Origin: Candidatus Scalinduaceae bacterium
GTDB taxonomy: Bacteria; Planctomycetota; Brocadiia; Brocadiales; Scalinduaceae
DNA: 11,709 nt
Reading direction: 5' to 3'
Assembly (NCBI GenBank): GCA_046759445.1
Contig: JBHICG010000093.1
Coordinates: 1 to 11,709, forward strand
Under the pieces are notes generated by a model, which was not told the DNA's origin, did no database searches, and saw nothing but the letters and a program-made list of their open reading frames with translations. This document shows, in pieces, positions 7,181 through 11,709 of the stretch. Every line of letters begins with the position of its first letter. The stretch's first letter is position 1. The position numbers and the translations under genes were made by a program.

Positions 7181-8896
7181 TCAATGACAAGAGTTATCAA
7201 AATCACCGCAAAAATTAATCTCCCAACCTGTACGGAAAGGAGCATCTTCACGTCCTTTCAGCGTAAGTACTGGGCATCTAAAACGCTGTCCGAATTCTGG
7301 GCAATACCAACCCTGCTCTAAATCCAAGTCGCCAATCCCCAGCGGTCGAATTGTCATAACAACCTGCTCTTCACATTTAATCCATACCTCTCCTTCTCGT
7401 ATTGTAACTTTGCACATTGGATTTAGATGTAAACGCAAGTCGAAATTGTAGCTCCCATGACCAAGAATCTCATCATCTATACGTAATACACTCTCTTGCC
7501 AGCTAATCCGGCGCATATGGATTGGTTGCCCTGGAAGTCGACTATAACCATCATGTCCTCCCTCAAAAAATAATCCCTTGAAATCTTGTCCGATTCTTGG
7601 TTCCAATGGGTATGCGCGCCTTGCACAGCGATAGGAGTCCCACATCTCAGATTGGTTCTCCTCATTAAGGCTCAAAATGTTGTGACCAGCATTACCACGA
7701 TTATAGCGTCGCATCTCGCTGTCTTCATAGGTATAGCACCCAGAATCTACAATCACTCGACTGCCATTGATTGAAAGTTCAAAACTAAGCGTATCACAAT
7801 GGGCGTGTCCTGGCAGGTAATCTGGCCCAATTGGACCACAGTCAATTAACATTCGATCACCGGGCCTGGGAGACATAACGAAATACCCAGTCACAGGGAA
7901 TGACCACATAGGGCCTTCTGGGGTTAATACCTTCTTTCCTGTCAAACGTTCATAATATGCCATCAAATCAGATGGTAAAGCTTCAATCTCAAAGGCTGCA
8001 TCATTGAAAAGAGCAATTTTGCCATCCGGATGGATCATTCCACACAAAAAATGCACCATTTTGTGAGTTAAATACTTCAAGTGTTTTAATAAATCCTTGA
8101 AGTCATGGCAATGATGTTTCTGACACACGTTGATCAAGTCCAAACAGTCCTCTAAAATCATACTGTGATACATAAGGCTACGTTCGATGTGTCCTCCGTC
8201 TGATAGAATCTGTTCATCTAATTCGCGGTTCAAGAGGCGTAAGCCCTTTGCTAACCATCGTTTTGCAACACTGCTCTTAAAAAATAATCCAGCAAAGACC
8301 AAGGCTTTCGAGTTCTTGAAAAGATGGTTACCCAGGAGATGCCTCTCAAGAGATCGCTCTAGCCATAGAGTTTGCTGATAGGCTGACCGACATACGGGCT
8401 TACACTTCTCTTTAGAAATACCTGTTTGGCTGATGTATTTGATCCAATTGACAATACGTAGTGAGATTGGGTAAGGGTCCCAGGCGACAAAGGTCCCGGG
8501 TGGATTATGAGCTATCCAATCCTTCATTAGAAGAAGCGCAGTATCAGAATCTACCCCTCCATGTGTGTTTAGATAATGAAAATAGTTCAAGTTGTATCGC
8601 CACAGGAGATTCTTACCATGAGCCTGCCAATCGATTTGACTACCATAGTCGGCAGAATCATTTAGAAACTTGAAACGTCCCTGAGTGATTTCTCTAGTGT
8701 CAAACCATGGGAAAACAAGAAAAGGAACACGATAGTTAAGCGGCATCCATTTAAGATCCTTTGGGACAGGTTGTGCTTTCAGTCGTAAAAAACTGGGACC
8801 ACAGTCTCTAATTGTATACAACCCCCGATAGAAGATTTGCTCGAATCTAAGATATTTGAGAGTGCGCAAATATAGAGCTGGGAGATTAGAAGACAT
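7181..8896 (-). CDS. Heparinase II/III family protein (polysaccharide-cluster-associated lyase-like)
   Basis: LWRYNLNYF, WDPYPISLRIVNW, LLGNHL, EQILSDGGHIERS.MYH, HPDGKIALFNDA, GPDYLPGHAHCDTLSFELS, VDSGCYTY, GGHDGY, GWYCPEFG. ATG at 8896 is preferred to the TTG at 8917. Confidence 0.93.
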   Translation of the reverse strand: MSSNLPALYLRTLKYLRFEQIFYRGLYTIRDCGPSFLRLKAQPVPKDLKWMPLNYRVPFLVFPWFDTREITQGRFKFLNDSADYGSQIDWQAHGKNLLWRYNLNYFHYLNTHGGVDSDTALLLMKDWIAHNPPGTFVAWDPYPISLRIVNWIKYISQTGISKEKCKPVCRSAYQQTLWLERSLERHLLGNHLFKNSKALVFAGLFFKSSVAKRWLAKGLRLLNRELDEQILSDGGHIERSLMYHSMILEDCLDLINVCQKHHCHDFKDLLKHLKYLTHKMVHFLCGMIHPDGKIALFNDAAFEIEALPSDLMAYYERLTGKKVLTPEGPMWSFPVTGYFVMSPRPGDRMLIDCGPIGPDYLPGHAHCDTLSFELSINGSRVIVDSGCYTYEDSEMRRYNRGNAGHNILSLNEENQSEMWDSYRCARRAYPLEPRIGQDFKGLFFEGGHDGYSRLPGQPIHMRRISWQESVLRIDDEILGHGSYNFDLRLHLNPMCKVTIREGEVWIKCEEQVVMTIRPLGIGDLDLEQGWYCPEFGQRFRCPVLTLKGREDAPFRTGWEINFCGDFDNSCH

Positions 8897-9004
8897 AACT
8901 AACCTTTTGACTCTCAAATTCTGAAACTGAAAGTCTTCTCTCTGTAGTGATCTCCCACTGACAAAGTGACGGTTTTATAGGTAAAAAGGAAATGACAGAT
9001 AGCA

Positions 9005-9214
9005 TTACAATATGTATACGCATATTCTCCATAACAGCATGTGGTCTTCTATTCCATTGAGTGCGTGGCCATAGGCATAAATAATCGGCTCAGGATTCTT
9101 TCCTTTAGGCAATTCAAGAGCCCCATATTGAAAATATTTCATGGGCAATTCATCTTCCTATTGACGATACAGTTCCGACCATGTTCAGTCAACGTCATTG
9201 CTGAGGAAAAGTGA
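9005..9214 (-). pseudogene. C-terminal remnant of a paralog of the 10232..11290 beta-propeller protein
   Basis: One frame reads SLFLSNDVD*TWSELYRQ*EDELPMKYFQYGALELPKGKNPEPIIYAYGHALNGIEDHMLLW. From the Trp onward it aligns without gaps to WQILYRRKKDIYPYDLFQNGLFKFPDGQNPGTMIYTNGTAVAGDDNYMLSW. Stops at 9185-9187 and 9158-9160. Confidence 0.85.
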
Positions 9215-9251
9215 TCATGACAGTTAAATTAACCTTACTTGTCTCTACGAC

Positions 9252-10124
9252 CTATGAGTTCCAGCTATTTAAGTCTCGTTTTATGAGTTGTGAAAGAGAA
9301 TCATTAGCATCTCGTACGAGTGGTAATAATCGTTGTCTAACTTCAAGACTCAATTTTGGATATACATCTTTCGTTCGATTCCAGGAAGCGACTCTATTAC
9401 GAATTTTCCTACTGGTTGTATCTACAAATCTATTACTTACAAACCATCCTGTAGGAGTTTCTCTAACATGATTTCTTGTCCTGTACAATAAATTCAATAT
9501 ATTATGTATTAATCTGTTCTTTGGAACACCCCCCGAGTTTGGACGGGAAATTCTCATTTCACTAAGGCCTACGTGATCAATTTCAAGAAAATCACAGATA
9601 CTATTGTAAAATTGCTGAGGATTATTCTTCAAGTCATCAAAAATAGAAAGATGAATTTGTTCTAAAGGAAAGTACTTCAAATATCGCTGTAAATGTTTAT
9701 GATAACAACCATTTTCGAGATATTGTGGTGAGTTATTAACAGCTTCTTCAAAGCTCTTCCATGGCGGCTCAGCCCCCTTAGTAAGTTGCATAAGATATGT
9801 TGAATATGCACGATCTATAGGATCTCTTAGACAAGCTATTAGCTTGACATTCGGAAGAAACTTATGAATTCGCTCGGGTACATTTTCTTCATGAAGGTAT
9901 CCTGGCGTTGCCTCGCCAATCACCTTCTCTCCATTCCACCCTTGAAAGTATGATGAATAATACTTAAGTCCTTTTCGATAACTATATTCATAAGAAAAAA
10001 AACCTATTTCCTTTTTTTCTGACATTAAAACATCATCATGTTTTCTAAGTTGCTCATAAATTGATGTCGAAGCAGCTTTCTGAGCCCCGATTATCAAAAA
10101 ATTTGGAAGAATTAGGGAATTCAT
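9252..10124 (-). CDS. PAPS-dependent sulfotransferase (heparan-sulfate sulfotransferase-like bacterial group)
   Basis: PNFLIIGAQKAASTS (5'-PSB), KEIGFF, GEATPGY, KLIACLRDPIDRAYS (3'-PB), YL..G.Y...L.RY...F, ICDFLEI. Confidence 0.93.
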   Translation of the reverse strand: MNSLILPNFLIIGAQKAASTSIYEQLRKHDDVLMSEKKEIGFFSYEYSYRKGLKYYSSYFQGWNGEKVIGEATPGYLHEENVPERIHKFLPNVKLIACLRDPIDRAYSTYLMQLTKGAEPPWKSFEEAVNNSPQYLENGCYHKHLQRYLKYFPLEQIHLSIFDDLKNNPQQFYNSICDFLEIDHVGLSEMRISRPNSGGVPKNRLIHNILNLLYRTRNHVRETPTGWFVSNRFVDTTSRKIRNRVASWNRTKDVYPKLSLEVRQRLLPLVRDANDSLSQLIKRDLNSWNS

Positions 10125-10231
10125 CTTAAGCTATTCTACAATTTTTTAGGTTATATTCTTAATTGCTAAAATACAATTCAAACAATAAAAATTTAATGCA
10201 AAATAACAAGGACCCATTAATGCATTTACGA

Positions 10232-11290
10232 TTAGGTAAAAAGGTTTTTTTCTATATCATTTCCAGACCATGACAACATGTAATTATCATCGCCAGCCAC
10301 GGCCGTGCCATTTGTATAAATCATTGTCCCTGGATTCTGACCATCAGGAAATTTGAATAAACCATTTTGAAACAAATCATACGGATAAATATCCTTCTTT
10401 CTTCGATACAGAATCTGCCAATCAATACCATTTTTGCTTATGATAATTTGTGATTCTTTATTTAAATTCACTTTACTATGTTCTACTCCAGAAGAGACTA
10501 ACAGGTATTTACCTGCTCTCCCAACAGCCAATGCACTACCAGGAATTTTACAAGTTTTTTCTAATTTGCAGGTCTTTGTGTCTAACCACTGGATATAATT
10601 GGTCTCCAATGGGCTGTCCATAGGGACAACCAAGCCATCTGGTAAAGGTATAATACCAACAGCTCTATTTTCTTGCCCGCCTTCTCTAACTACTTCTATA
10701 TTTTTAAAATCATCCGAAGTAAATAAAAGTTTGCATTCTTTATCCTCATCACCGGTTAGTATCCAGCATCCCGATCTATATGCATCATAATATATTCCAT
10801 GAATATGCCGTATGCTTCCTTTAGGAAATGTAAAGGCAGGTTCCCATGTATTCCCTCCATCATTGGAACCATAAATATTTACACCGTCTCTCTCAGGGTT
10901 AGAAAAATATTCACCAAAGTATATCTTTCCATCAGGAACAACACAAATGTTCAAGGGTTTACTCCCTCGTTGAATATTAAACACTGCTCTAAATATGGAT
11001 TCATCTTTATTACATAGAATAATATGATTTTTTACTACACCGAGCAGATTACCATTATCCAGAGGGTTAAAGGCAAAAAATCCTGCTCTTAGTAATCGAC
11101 TTGTTAAACGAAAATAGCTACCTATCTTTTGAAGCAAACGTGGTGAAAAACGGGCGACTTTCTGAAATGATCGGCCATGGTCGAATGAACGTAATATCTC
11201 ATATGATCGACTCACCCAAAGTGTTCCAACTGAGTCTACATAAAGTGGACAAAACCCTGAGATTCTTTTAAATTTTAAATTCTTAATCAT
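10232..11290 (-). CDS. Uncharacterised BNR/Asp-box beta-propeller protein
   Basis: 352-aa ORF with Asp-box-like motifs RSFDHGRSF, GSNDGGNTW, TSDDFKNI, SKNGIDW, plus GEYFSN, RHIH and WILTGD. No obvious signal peptide. Function not assignable. Confidence 0.75.
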   Translation of the reverse strand: MIKNLKFKRISGFCPLYVDSVGTLWVSRSYEILRSFDHGRSFQKVARFSPRLLQKIGSYFRLTSRLLRAGFFAFNPLDNGNLLGVVKNHIILCNKDESIFRAVFNIQRGSKPLNICVVPDGKIYFGEYFSNPERDGVNIYGSNDGGNTWEPAFTFPKGSIRHIHGIYYDAYRSGCWILTGDEDKECKLLFTSDDFKNIEVVREGGQENRAVGIIPLPDGLVVPMDSPLETNYIQWLDTKTCKLEKTCKIPGSALAVGRAGKYLLVSSGVEHSKVNLNKESQIIISKNGIDWQILYRRKKDIYPYDLFQNGLFKFPDGQNPGTMIYTNGTAVAGDDNYMLSWSGNDIEKNLFT

Positions 11291-11323
11291 GGTCTCTCAA
11301 ACATGGTTGATCATGTATTAAGC

Positions 11324-11655
11324 TTAAAACTCAATTATAAAATTTTCATAGATAACATCTTCACATCTATTTCCCCTACATAGTTTTTCAAATAAAAATT
11401 GTCCACCATCATGAAAGTGAATATAAAGTTTATTAATATTTAGGTGTAAATTTGATATACTTATCATCCTCAAAGCTTTGCTTCAATCCCTTCAAGTCCT
11501 TTTCTTTTAAAAATTTTTATTGCTTCCTTAGAAGCGACGCAAATCGTAGAAAATGAGTTTCAAGAGGAAAGTATATGCCTGGGCGTGTACTAAGCACGCT
11601 CTGAACAAGAGTTATGTCAGAACTATCAACATCAACTATAAAATTAGATTCCTTT
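11324..11655 (-). pseudogene. Degraded sulfotransferase
   Basis: 11642-11550 reads FIVDVDSSDITLVQSVLSTRPGIYFPLETHF, matching the pattern FIVGxxRSGTTLLQSxLxxHPxIxxxxETHF with Gly codons changed to Asp. Stop at 11517-11519. A weak downstream VIYENFI resembles the RYEDL motif, so the lower boundary is uncertain. Confidence 0.75.
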
Positions 11656-11656
11656 A

Positions 11657-11709
11657 GTCATAACGCACCCCATAAAGGGGTGGCTTGACGGTTATGAGCT
11701 GTCTCAAAG
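11657..11709. mobile_element. Possible IS200/IS605-family terminal hairpin (IscB/TnpB-type element end)
   Basis: GTCATAACG-CACCCC-ATAAA-GGGGTG-GCTTGAC, with an outer TCATAAC/GTTATGA pairing. Resembles the GTCA..CCCC..TAAA..GGGG..GCTTG ends of these elements. No transposase or nuclease gene is inside the window. Confidence 0.45.

Noticed and set aside
674..11017. All short plus-strand ORFs in the track, and nested minus-strand ORFs 3544..3729 and 7477..7665
   Set aside because: They are antisense or off-frame shadows of well-supported genes and show no recognisable motifs.
11581..11601. Hairpin GGGCGTG...CACGCTC as a terminator
   Set aside because: It has no U-tract and lies within the sulfotransferase relic's coding trace.
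1..11709. CRISPR array, tRNA/rRNA genes, integron attC sites, and a specific host taxon
   Set aside because: I saw no regularly spaced 23-47 bp repeats, RNA gene signatures or attC core pairs, and nothing here fixes the taxonomy.

Overview
AT-rich bacterial window containing part of a surface-glycan (EPS/capsule/LPS) biosynthesis and modification cluster, with every gene on the minus strand. In transcription order the intact genes are: an Asp-box beta-propeller protein, a PAPS-dependent sulfotransferase, a heparinase II/III-family protein, a DegT-family aminotransferase, a NodU/CmcH carbamoyltransferase, a PIG-L deacetylase, a PglC-like phosphoglycosyl transferase, and the 5' end of a second sulfotransferase running off the left edge. 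Manual translation of the spacers shows decayed paralogs of four of these (sulfotransferase, beta-propeller, DegT, phosphoglycosyl transferase). Degenerate 7-9 bp tandem tracts occur between genes and inside two loops of the DegT gene. A possible IS200/IS605-type end lies at the right edge. The main hypothesis is a pathway for a sulfated, deacetylated and carbamoylated glycan whose carbamoyltransferase lacks the family's catalytic His. All calls are from motif recognition by eye; no searches were run.
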